A stretch of 33,967 bases of DNA, taken from Candidatus Pacearchaeota archaeon (lineage in GTDB: Archaea > Nanobdellota > Nanobdellia > Pacearchaeales > GW2011-AR1). Within the stretch, counting starts at the first letter, position 1. Each line of letters opens with the position of its first letter. Positions 19,168 through 26,974 of this stretch are shown piece after piece. The stretch spans positions 1-33,967 of the forward strand of contig JAFCES010000001.1 of assembly GCA_017609045.1 (NCBI GenBank), read 5' to 3'. A program made the translations under genes and the position numbers. Below the pieces are notes generated by a model. The model had not been told where the DNA came from. It worked only from the letters and a program-made list of their open reading frames with translations, and ran no database searches.

Positions 19168-19767
19168 TTATTTTGCCTTCTTTCCCTCCTCAATTTCTTT
19201 CTTTCCAGTTTTCTTATCTTTGGCTATTAATAAGATATGGGTTCTTTTAAATCTCTTTGAACCGAATCTTCTATAAGGCCTTGAAGCTTGGTCAGCTTTT
19301 GCCACGAAAATATAAGGCTCCTCTAAACCATTTACAGAAGAATTTGCAGCTAAACTTTTCAGCAGCTTGATGAAAACTTTACAAGCTTTAATAGGATATC
19401 TTCCTCTTTCTCTTCCTTTTCCTTTTCTATGGGGTATCTCTCCTTTCATCTTAATCGGCTTTTCTTTCTTCAAAACTTTTTCTAGTTCAGCTACTGCTTT
19501 TTCCATTTTCTTTCCCCTAACAAGCCTGCAGATTGCAACAGAATGTTTAGTTGATATATGAAGGTCTTTTCCTCTTACTATGGCTCGTGTTTTCTTTTTT
19601 ATTTCTGGTTTTTCCTTCTTGCCTTTCCCTTCTGTTTTCTTTTCCTTTTTTTCTGATTTTTCTTTTTTCTCTGCAGTTCCCTCTATCATTTTCTCTTCTA
19701 CTTTTCCTTTTTTTGTTTCTTCTTTCATTTTCTCTTCTATTTTTTGTTTAGGTTTTTCTTCTTTCAT
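19168..19767 (-). CDS. rpl22: 50S ribosomal protein uL22 with Lys/Glu-rich N-terminal extension
   Basis: ISTKHSVAIC, IPHRKG, GRYPIKA, THI. Confidence 0.94.
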   Translation of the reverse strand: MKEEKPKQKIEEKMKEETKKGKVEEKMIEGTAEKKEKSEKKEKKTEGKGKKEKPEIKKKTRAIVRGKDLHISTKHSVAICRLVRGKKMEKAVAELEKVLKKEKPIKMKGEIPHRKGKGRERGRYPIKACKVFIKLLKSLAANSSVNGLEEPYIFVAKADQASRPYRRFGSKRFKRTHILLIAKDKKTGKKEIEEGKKAK

Positions 19768-19768
19768 T

Positions 19769-20167
19769 TTACTTAACTGATAAGGCAGCTGAACTTCTCG
19801 TAGCCCCTATACCCGGAGCTCCATGTTTGACCTGTCTTCTAGTAACTGCAAACTCTCCTAATCTATGACCCAACATTTCAGCTGTAATTTTAATAGGAGT
19901 AAATTCTTTTCCATTATAAACATAAATGGTCAAGCCAATCATTTGAGGGACTATTACTAAGTCCCTATTGTGTGTCCTAATTTTCTCTTTTTTCTTGCAT
20001 TTTTTCAAGAATCTTTCAACAACATCAAAATTCCTCATTATTGTTCTCCTCTCTCTCGACTTTAGATATCTCGCGAATTCTCTGATGTCCAGAGGTTTTA
20101 GTTCATCAAGAGTTTTCCCTCTAAATGTAAACTGCTTTTTTCTTTCTACTCTTACTGCTGTTGCCAT
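19769..20167 (-). CDS. rps19: 30S ribosomal protein uS19
   Basis: FRGKTL, IRTHNRD, YNGKEF, MLGHRLGEF, GIGATRSS. Confidence 0.97.
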   Translation of the reverse strand: MATAVRVERKKQFTFRGKTLDELKPLDIREFARYLKSRERRTIMRNFDVVERFLKKCKKKEKIRTHNRDLVIVPQMIGLTIYVYNGKEFTPIKITAEMLGHRLGEFAVTRRQVKHGAPGIGATRSSAALSVK

Positions 20168-20169
20168 TT

Positions 20170-20880
20170 TTACTTCTTTCTCCTGCCTGTTTTCTTCGGC
20201 TTTAAACTTCCTACTTTGGCTCCTGGAGGAGCGTTTCTCTTTGGAGTTTTTCCTTTTCTACCATGACTTATATTTTTTCCTCTCCCACTCCCAAAAGGGT
20301 GGTCATAAACATTCATTTTTACAGCAGAGATTCTAGGCCATAATTTTCCCTTACTTTTGGCAAGATAGAATTTCCTACCAGCCTTGATAAGAGGCTTTTC
20401 TAATCTGCCAGCCCCTGCTGCTTCTCCTATACTTGCTCTACATTTTTCATCAAACCAAATTTCCTTCTTTGAAGGCAACAATACAGCTACTTTTCCCTCA
20501 GCTTTTTTAGTTACTATAGCTTTATTTCCTCCACTTCGTATTAACTTTCCACCGTCTCCTGGTCTTCTCTCTATATTGAAAATTTCTGCGCCTATAGGAA
20601 TTTTTTTCAAACTAAGTATGTTTCCTGCTTTTATTTCTTTTCCTCCTATTTCTATTTCCTGCCCTTCAAATAAATTCTGGGTAGCTGGATTAAAGAAAAT
20701 TTCTTTGTTAAGTTTAATCTTTGCAAGAGGAGCTGTATGCCCTCCCGAGTATATCAGCTTTAATACTCTCCCTTTACCCTTTCCAGAGGGATATTTGACT
20801 CTATACTTAAAAGCTTTTCTTCTAGCTCTATATGTAGAAGAGCCTCTCCCTCGTCTCTGTTGTATTATTCTTTTTCCCAT
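20170..20880 (-). CDS. rpl2: 50S ribosomal protein uL2
   Basis: MGKRIIQQRRGRG, PGDGGKLIRS, MNVYDHPFGSG. Confidence 0.97.
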   Translation of the reverse strand: MGKRIIQQRRGRGSSTYRARRKAFKYRVKYPSGKGKGRVLKLIYSGGHTAPLAKIKLNKEIFFNPATQNLFEGQEIEIGGKEIKAGNILSLKKIPIGAEIFNIERRPGDGGKLIRSGGNKAIVTKKAEGKVAVLLPSKKEIWFDEKCRASIGEAAGAGRLEKPLIKAGRKFYLAKSKGKLWPRISAVKMNVYDHPFGSGRGKNISHGRKGKTPKRNAPPGAKVGSLKPKKTGRRKK

Positions 20881-20881
20881 T

Positions 20882-21124
20882 TTACATCATTCCAAGTTTA
20901 GTAGCCAAGTCTATAGCCGGATTTTTCTTGTCCAGTTTTATATAAGCAAGCTTTTTGTTTTTTCTTGTATGAGTTCTTATTCTCTCCACCTTAACATTAA
21001 ACAGCTTCTCTATTTCTTTCTTTATTTTTGTCTTGTTTTTTCTCCTGTCCACCTCAAAAAGCAGAGTATTCTCTAACTCAATTAATTTAACAGCTTTTTC
21101 AGTTGCTATTGGTCTTATTATCAT
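20882..21124 (-). CDS. rpl23: 50S ribosomal protein uL23
   Basis: TEKAVKLIELENTLLFEVD, KLAYIKL, ATKLG. Confidence 0.95.
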   Translation of the reverse strand: MIIRPIATEKAVKLIELENTLLFEVDRRKNKTKIKKEIEKLFNVKVERIRTHTRKNKKLAYIKLDKKNPAIDLATKLGMM

Positions 21125-21759
21125 TTTAACAAATATTTTGGAATCGGAAATTCTTTGAATTTAGGAAATAAACTCTTTCCGTATATTAACCTTGAAAAAC
21201 ATTCTGCTTCTAGTTTAGTATCTTCTAACGCGTTATGAGGTTTGCCCTCTTGAATAACTTTTCCGTCTTTGAGTTGTATTCTCTCATCTGTTAATCCGCA
21301 GAATTCTAATACTGAAGGTAAGTTCATAGCGTTCTCTTTATAATCATCTAATAAAAATTTACCATAAATCTGAAAATATCTTGTTTGTGCAACAGAACAC
21401 AAATCTAAACTTCTGTATCTTGTTTTAATATTAATTCCATATTTTTCAGCTTTCATTTTTAGGAAATTCAAATCAAAAAATCCTATGTTATGTCCAGCCA
21501 AAATTCTAATTTCTTGTTCTTCAATCCATTTAAAGAAATGCTCTAATAATTCTTTTTGTGTTTGTTTTTTTTGGTCTCTCATTTCCTCTTCACTAAAGCC
21601 ATTTACTATTGTTGCCTCTTTTATAATTTCGTCTTCTTCATCTAAACTACATTCTTCATAAAACTCTTTTTTAAGGTCATTAAGACAGATAGCTCCAATT
21701 GAAACAATTCCGTTCTTTATTGGACTAAACCCACTTGTTTCAATATCTAAAATTATCAT
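21121..21759 (-). CDS. DEDDh 3'-5' exonuclease (DnaQ/RNase T-like)
   Basis: ExoI LDIETSG, ExoII AGHNIGFFDLNFL, ExoIII HNALED; ATGA overlaps with uL4 and uL23. Confidence 0.9.
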   Translation of the reverse strand: MIILDIETSGFSPIKNGIVSIGAICLNDLKKEFYEECSLDEEDEIIKEATIVNGFSEEEMRDQKKQTQKELLEHFFKWIEEQEIRILAGHNIGFFDLNFLKMKAEKYGINIKTRYRSLDLCSVAQTRYFQIYGKFLLDDYKENAMNLPSVLEFCGLTDERIQLKDGKVIQEGKPHNALEDTKLEAECFSRLIYGKSLFPKFKEFPIPKYLLK

Positions 21760-22490
21760 TTTTCCTCCTTCTCTTTTTTCTCAAATAATTTACTTAAATC
21801 TTGAATTGCCTGTTCAGTATATATAACAAGTCTACCAAGAGGATATAAATCAGCTATACTAAGTTCAGAAATTTTTCTTATATCTATCCCACTAAACTTC
21901 GCCTTCTCATTCTTACCTATAACAAGAAGCAAGCCTGCTGTTTTTTTATATTTTCTCCCCCTCATCTTCCCTTTTCCTGCTCTTATCTTTTTCTTTTTTT
22001 CAGCTAGCTTGTAGTTTTCTTTTAAAATCTTTTTAAGTAAAGAGAAAAACTCTTTTGTTTTTAGTTTTAGAATTTTTTCATCTATAACCAAAGGCAGCTC
22101 CTTTATTTCTCCTACCAGAGTTTCATATCTTCTCTTTAAATATTCCGGCTTACTTGTTGCGCTGAGAGCCGAAACTAAAGCTGCTCTAAACTCTTTCTTA
22201 TTGACTTTTATTTTTTTCAGAAAATGTTCCAGTTTAGGGGGATGAGCTCTCCTTCCTCCCCTCACACTAGCTAAAGTAGCCCCAGCCCAGTAAAACTGAC
22301 TTCCTCTTCTCCAAAACACTTTTCTCGGCACTCTTGAAATTCCTCTTCCAGCAGCTGTTTTCCATTTTATCTTTTTGTTTGCCTCATAAACTTTTTGCGC
22401 GATGTCTGGTCTGATCTTGCCAGAAAAGCAAACAGGCAGTTTTATCTCTTTTCTTGCTTTTCCTTCTTTGTCTAAAATTTTAGCTTTCAT
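21756..22490 (-). CDS. rpl4: 50S ribosomal protein uL4 (loop region appears shortened)
   Basis: IRPDI, GRGISRVPR, GGRRAHPPK, IRAGKGKMRGRKYK. Confidence 0.95.
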   Translation of the reverse strand: MKAKILDKEGKARKEIKLPVCFSGKIRPDIAQKVYEANKKIKWKTAAGRGISRVPRKVFWRRGSQFYWAGATLASVRGGRRAHPPKLEHFLKKIKVNKKEFRAALVSALSATSKPEYLKRRYETLVGEIKELPLVIDEKILKLKTKEFFSLLKKILKENYKLAEKKKKIRAGKGKMRGRKYKKTAGLLLVIGKNEKAKFSGIDIRKISELSIADLYPLGRLVIYTEQAIQDLSKLFEKKEKEEK

Positions 22491-23443
22491 CTTAAACCAA
22501 TAAACTCATACTCCTTTTTACTTTGTTTTTTAGTAGGCCTTAAAACCCTTGTGAGGAGAAGCTGCCTTTTTGCTGGCCCTTGGACACTTCCTTGCAAGAT
22601 TATATATTCAGTCTTAATCTCACCATAATTTTTCCATCCACCTTTTGGATTTATGTTTTCTTCAGATATTTTTCCTAACTTTATGATTTTAGAATTATAC
22701 TTTACTCTTGTAAACATTCCGAGTTGACCAGCCATTGGCACACGAAAGGAAACTCTGGCTGGATGCCATGGACCAATGCTTCCTGGACGCCTCCTTCCTT
22801 TTTCAGCTTTATGCTGTTTCAGTTTAATGCCAAATCTTTTTACTGGCCCTGCTGTACCCTTTCCTTTAGTTAGCCCTCTCACGTCAACTAAACTAATTTC
22901 ATTTAAAATTTCACTTGCTAAAATTTCCTTTCCTAGTTTATCCTTGATAAATTTAAGCTTCTCTTCTATACTTCCTTCTAAACCCAGCTCTATGAGGTCA
23001 GGAGTTTTTTTAATCCTTGTAGTTTTAACCTGAGAATAAACTATAATTCTGATGTCATCATAATCCTTTATCTCCTCTATTCTTTTAACTTTCTTTTCCT
23101 TTTTTGGCATCTTCAGTTTTCTCTTCAATTCTCTATCTAAATTCTCAGCTAAAATCTCTTCTTTCACTTTTCCGTCTTTGTAGAAGCGGACAGAAAAAAT
23201 TTTCATAGGAGGCAGCTCAAGAACTGTAACAGGAATAACTATTCTCTTATCTTTTGTAAGGGAATTTAGTGTAGAATCTTTAACAACACAAGAAGTCATA
23301 CCCACTTTATAGCCAATAAAACCTAAAAACCCTTTTTCTTCAGAAGAAATAGCTTTCCAGTTTACACTAGGCAAAAACTTTCTCGCCCTTTTCCTGGGCC
23401 AAAACTGTAACGAACCTGCTCGAGGTTTACTATGTTTAGGCAT
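22487..23443 (-). CDS. rpl3: 50S ribosomal protein uL3
   Basis: PRAGSLQFWPRKRA, GYKVGMT, TKGKG, GSIGPWHP, GSVQGPAKR. Confidence 0.97.
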   Translation of the reverse strand: MPKHSKPRAGSLQFWPRKRARKFLPSVNWKAISSEEKGFLGFIGYKVGMTSCVVKDSTLNSLTKDKRIVIPVTVLELPPMKIFSVRFYKDGKVKEEILAENLDRELKRKLKMPKKEKKVKRIEEIKDYDDIRIIVYSQVKTTRIKKTPDLIELGLEGSIEEKLKFIKDKLGKEILASEILNEISLVDVRGLTKGKGTAGPVKRFGIKLKQHKAEKGRRRPGSIGPWHPARVSFRVPMAGQLGMFTRVKYNSKIIKLGKISEENINPKGGWKNYGEIKTEYIILQGSVQGPAKRQLLLTRVLRPTKKQSKKEYEFIGLR

Positions 23444-23530
23444 ATTCTAGTTAATTTTTTTAAATTTAGCTTAAAGCTCATTTTACCACACCATACACCT
23501 ATTAACTCAAAAAAACAAAGAAAAAGAGGA

Positions 23531-23538
23531 TTTATAAA
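23531..23538 (-). promoter_or_regulatory. TATA box of the uL3-led superoperon
   Basis: TTTATAAA preceded by purine-rich GAGAAAACC (BRE-like); predicts a TSS near 23508 and a leader of about 65 nt. Confidence 0.55.
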
Positions 23539-23628
23539 GGTTTTCTCTTTTGTTTTTCTAATTTTCCTATTAATTTTCTTATCAAACCTTTTCTTTTATA
23601 TCTGTAATATTCCCTAATACTCTTCATT

Positions 23629-24297
23629 TTAAACCTCAAAATCCTTCTCTTCTCTCATCTCTCTGCCATCAACCTTTAACTTCCTTATAATCTTGCCTTT
23701 TCTTTTAGTTTTTAATCTGATTTTTTCAAAATTTATTTCTCCTTCTGGCATGATTAACTCTGTAATATTATAGCTGTGTTCTGCCCTTATTTTCTTGCCC
23801 CCAGGAACATCCCAAAAAAAAGCCTGTTTAATCTTCTCATAGAATTTCAAGTCAGCTTCAAACTGACAGAATTTATCATTAACTTTCCCCTCTCCCGACT
23901 TGCCTGGTTTTGGGAGCTTCTTTTTTATCTTTAACTTGAGCTCGGAAGTTTCAGCATCCAACAACATAAAATAAACTTTATCAGAAATTTCTCTAACCTT
24001 TTCACTTTCAATTTCAGAAACATCATAAACATGCAAACCAGCTTTGTTTTTTTCTCCTTGCAAATTCAAAGGCTTCTTACTCAAAATAACGCCGGAAAAT
24101 TTAACATTTGCAAGTTCGGAAACGAGCAAGACAAAATCATTAGCAAACTCAAAACTCCCCTTTAACTTAACTTTAGAATTTTTGCGTAAACTAATTACAG
24201 CTCTTCCTTCATAACTACCTTTACCAAATCTTACAAATTGATTATGTACAGCCTCATCTACCCTATCCTGAAAAATTTTTTTAATAAAGCAGTCCAT
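23629..24297 (-). CDS. Hypothetical protein (soluble, Lys-rich, 222 aa)
   Basis: Long ORF with composition like neighbouring genes; no family motif recognised. Confidence 0.75.
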   Translation of the reverse strand: MDCFIKKIFQDRVDEAVHNQFVRFGKGSYEGRAVISLRKNSKVKLKGSFEFANDFVLLVSELANVKFSGVILSKKPLNLQGEKNKAGLHVYDVSEIESEKVREISDKVYFMLLDAETSELKLKIKKKLPKPGKSGEGKVNDKFCQFEADLKFYEKIKQAFFWDVPGGKKIRAEHSYNITELIMPEGEINFEKIRLKTKRKGKIIRKLKVDGREMREEKDFEV

Positions 24298-24308
24298 TTT
24301 TAATAAGG

Positions 24309-24316
24309 TTTATAAA
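24309..24316 (+). promoter_or_regulatory. TATA box for probably leaderless AI-2E mRNA
   Basis: TTTATAAA begins 29 nt above ATG 24338. Confidence 0.5.
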
Positions 24317-24337
24317 TCTCCGCCTCCTCTTTAAAAT

Positions 24338-25372
24338 ATGATAGAAGAAAAGATGTTTAAAAAAGTATCTATATTTGTTTCTTTAGGAGTTCTTGCTGTA
24401 CTGACTATCCTTGTTCTTTCACCTCTACTGACAGCTATCATTACAGGTCTTATCCTTTCTTATATCTTTTATCCAGCCTATAAAAAAATTCACAAAAGAG
24501 TAAAGGAAAAAAATATCTCCGCCTTAATAATAATTTTGTTTGTACTTTTTCTTATTTTTGTTCCTTTGTGGTTTTTATTGCCATTAGCTGTAAAGCAGAT
24601 TTTTGATATCTACCTTTACCTGCAAAACATAAATCTATTAGAAATTATAAGAGAAATATTCCCTTCCCTCGCACAGACAGAGTTTTCGAGAGATTTTGCA
24701 GTCGCTCTCAACACTTTCCTCTCAAGCATAGCTAGCAGAATCTTCTCAGGCTTTTCTTCTATCCTCCTTAACTTACCCTCCCTTCTGCTAAAAGCGGTAG
24801 TTGTATTTTTTGTTTTCTTTTTTGGAATGAGAGATGCGGAACTTTTCATAAATTATTTCAAAAGCCTCTCTCCTTTCTCCAAGTCTCTAGAAAAAGACTT
24901 AAAACAAAAGTTTAAAAATATAACAAGTTCTGTTATCTATGGTTTTATTATCGTCGGAATTTTACAGGGTATTTTGACTGGTATAGGGCTTTTCATTTTT
25001 AGAATGCCTAACGCCATCCTTCTTACTATTCTTGCTATCCTTGGAGCTATTATACCTGTTTTAGGGGCATGGGTTGTTTGGCTTCCCTCTTCTGTATATT
25101 TAATATTCTCAGGACACTTGTTTTTAGGAATGGGCCTTGCCCTGTATGGGGGTTTGTTTGTCTCATGGGTAGATAATGTGATAAGACCCTATATTGTTGC
25201 AAGAAAAACTAAAATTTCTTCTGCAGTTGTTTTAATAGGAATGATAGGAGGTTTAATAGTGTTTGGAATATTGGGGTTGATAATTGGTCCTCTGATTCTC
25301 TCTTATTTACTAATCTTCTTAGATGCATATAGAAAAAAGAAATTTCCAGCTTTGTTTTTTCAGGGATCGTAG
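24338..25372 (+). CDS. AI-2E family (PerM) transporter
   Basis: SYIFYP, IIPVLGAWVVWLP, DNVIRP, GGLIVFGILGLIIGP. Confidence 0.92.
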   Translation: MIEEKMFKKVSIFVSLGVLAVLTILVLSPLLTAIITGLILSYIFYPAYKKIHKRVKEKNISALIIILFVLFLIFVPLWFLLPLAVKQIFDIYLYLQNINLLEIIREIFPSLAQTEFSRDFAVALNTFLSSIASRIFSGFSSILLNLPSLLLKAVVVFFVFFFGMRDAELFINYFKSLSPFSKSLEKDLKQKFKNITSSVIYGFIIVGILQGILTGIGLFIFRMPNAILLTILAILGAIIPVLGAWVVWLPSSVYLIFSGHLFLGMGLALYGGLFVSWVDNVIRPYIVARKTKISSAVVLIGMIGGLIVFGILGLIIGPLILSYLLIFLDAYRKKKFPALFFQGS

Positions 25373-25418
25373 CAAGATATAAAAAGCTATTAGTCTTGAA
25401 AAAAATAAAAAGAGGAAA

Positions 25419-26888
25419 ATGAGGCTTAAAGTTAAATTTCTAAAACTCTTAGCAGGAAGGCCTGTTGCTATTCTTCACAAGAATTTTGCAGAAAAATCAG
25501 GTATTCATGTGGATGATAGAATTTATATTGAAAAAAAAGGAAAGAAAATTGCTGCTATTGTTGATATAGCTACCGGATTTTTGAAAGAAGGTGAAATAGC
25601 AATCTCAAGCGAAATCGCAAAAACCATAAAATTGAGGGAGAAAGGTATGGTGGATGTAGAGCCAGCTACAAAACCAGAAAGCCTCAACTTTATACATAAA
25701 AAACTAGATTGTAGGAAACTAAGTTTCCAGGAGATAAAACAAATCATTGATGATATAGTTAAAAATATTCTAACAGAGTCTGAGATAGCTTATTTCATCT
25801 CTGGTGTCCATAAATGTGGTATGTCTATGAAAGAAATACAATCCATGACAAAAGCGGTAGTAGATACAGGAAAAAAACTGAACTTAGAAGGAAGAGTAGT
25901 AGATAAACATTCCATAGGAGGAATTCCCGGTAGAACTACTCCAATAATAGTGTCTATTTGTTCCTCTGCTGGCTTGTTAATGCCAAAAACTTCTTCTCGT
26001 GCTATAACAACCCCTTCAGGAACAGCCGATGCTCTTGAAGTTATATGTAAAGTTAACTTTACTATTCCAGAAATTAAAAAAATACTGAAGAAGACTCACG
26101 CCTGTCTAGTATGGGGAGGGTCTCTTAACATTGCTCCGGCAGACGACAAGATAATACAAGTCGAGAGGCTTCTCAATCTCGATCCCGAACCCCAACTTCT
26201 GTCCAGTATCATGGCCAAAAAGTTAGCTGTTAACGCAAAGATTGTTCTAATTGATATTCCTTATGGAAAGAATGCAAAAGTAACAAAAAGAAAAGCAGAA
26301 AGTCTAGAAAGAAAATTCAAGAAGTTGGCGAGATATTTTGGTATAAAACTTGAATGTTCTCTTCAGAAGACAGAAGAACCTCTTTGTAGTGGGATAGGCC
26401 CAGCTTTGGAAATTTCAGATGTGATTAAAGTTTTGAGGAGAGAGGATCCTTGCCATAAACTTGAGGAAAGGGCCTTAGAATTATCTGGAAAACTTCTTGA
26501 GTTGGCAGGAAAAGCAAAGAAAGGAAAGGGGAAACAATTAGCTGAGAAAATTTTGGATTCTGGAGAAGCTTATAAAAAATTCAAGGAAATAGTGAAAGCT
26601 CAAGAAGGAAAAATTAATAACATCAAAAAGCAGAAGGCAAAATATAAACATAACATTAAAGCCGATAAAAAAGGAAAGATTAAAGAAATTAAAATTAAAC
26701 AACTTAATCAATTAGCGAGAATAGCTGGTTGTCCCTTAGATAAATTTGCTGGTTTATACCTTCATAAACATTTAGGGGATAAGGTCAAAAAAGGAGAGAA
26801 TATTTTAACAATCTACTCAGAGAATAAAATTGAGATGAGAGAAGCTATAAAATATTATAGAAAAAATAAACCAATAAAGTTTAAATAA
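25419..26888 (+). CDS. deoA: AMP phosphorylase (thymidine/pyrimidine-nucleoside phosphorylase family, archaeal type)
   Basis: Extra N-terminal domain; DKHSIGGIPG, PKTSSRAITTPSGTAD, APADD, SIMAKK, GIGPALE. Confidence 0.9.
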   Translation: MRLKVKFLKLLAGRPVAILHKNFAEKSGIHVDDRIYIEKKGKKIAAIVDIATGFLKEGEIAISSEIAKTIKLREKGMVDVEPATKPESLNFIHKKLDCRKLSFQEIKQIIDDIVKNILTESEIAYFISGVHKCGMSMKEIQSMTKAVVDTGKKLNLEGRVVDKHSIGGIPGRTTPIIVSICSSAGLLMPKTSSRAITTPSGTADALEVICKVNFTIPEIKKILKKTHACLVWGGSLNIAPADDKIIQVERLLNLDPEPQLLSSIMAKKLAVNAKIVLIDIPYGKNAKVTKRKAESLERKFKKLARYFGIKLECSLQKTEEPLCSGIGPALEISDVIKVLRREDPCHKLEERALELSGKLLELAGKAKKGKGKQLAEKILDSGEAYKKFKEIVKAQEGKINNIKKQKAKYKHNIKADKKGKIKEIKIKQLNQLARIAGCPLDKFAGLYLHKHLGDKVKKGENILTIYSENKIEMREAIKYYRKNKPIKFK

Positions 26889-26974
26889 ACTGAGGTATAA
26901 AAAAGAAAAAAGAGGAGGACCATAAAGAGGAAAATGATAGAAAGGAAAATTCCTGAGAATTTGGTTATATTGCA

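Noticed and set aside
9222..23617. Many plus-strand ORFs antisense to ribosomal genes (e.g. 20384-21076, 16860-17297, 12690-13085)
   Set aside because: Phe/Ser/Leu-rich shadows of purine-rich, Lys/Glu-rich sense genes; no motifs; fully overlap confident genes
23532..23627. eL41-like ribosomal peptide assignment
   Set aside because: Basic, but lacks the W-[RK]-K-K-R pattern; kept only as an unknown micro-ORF
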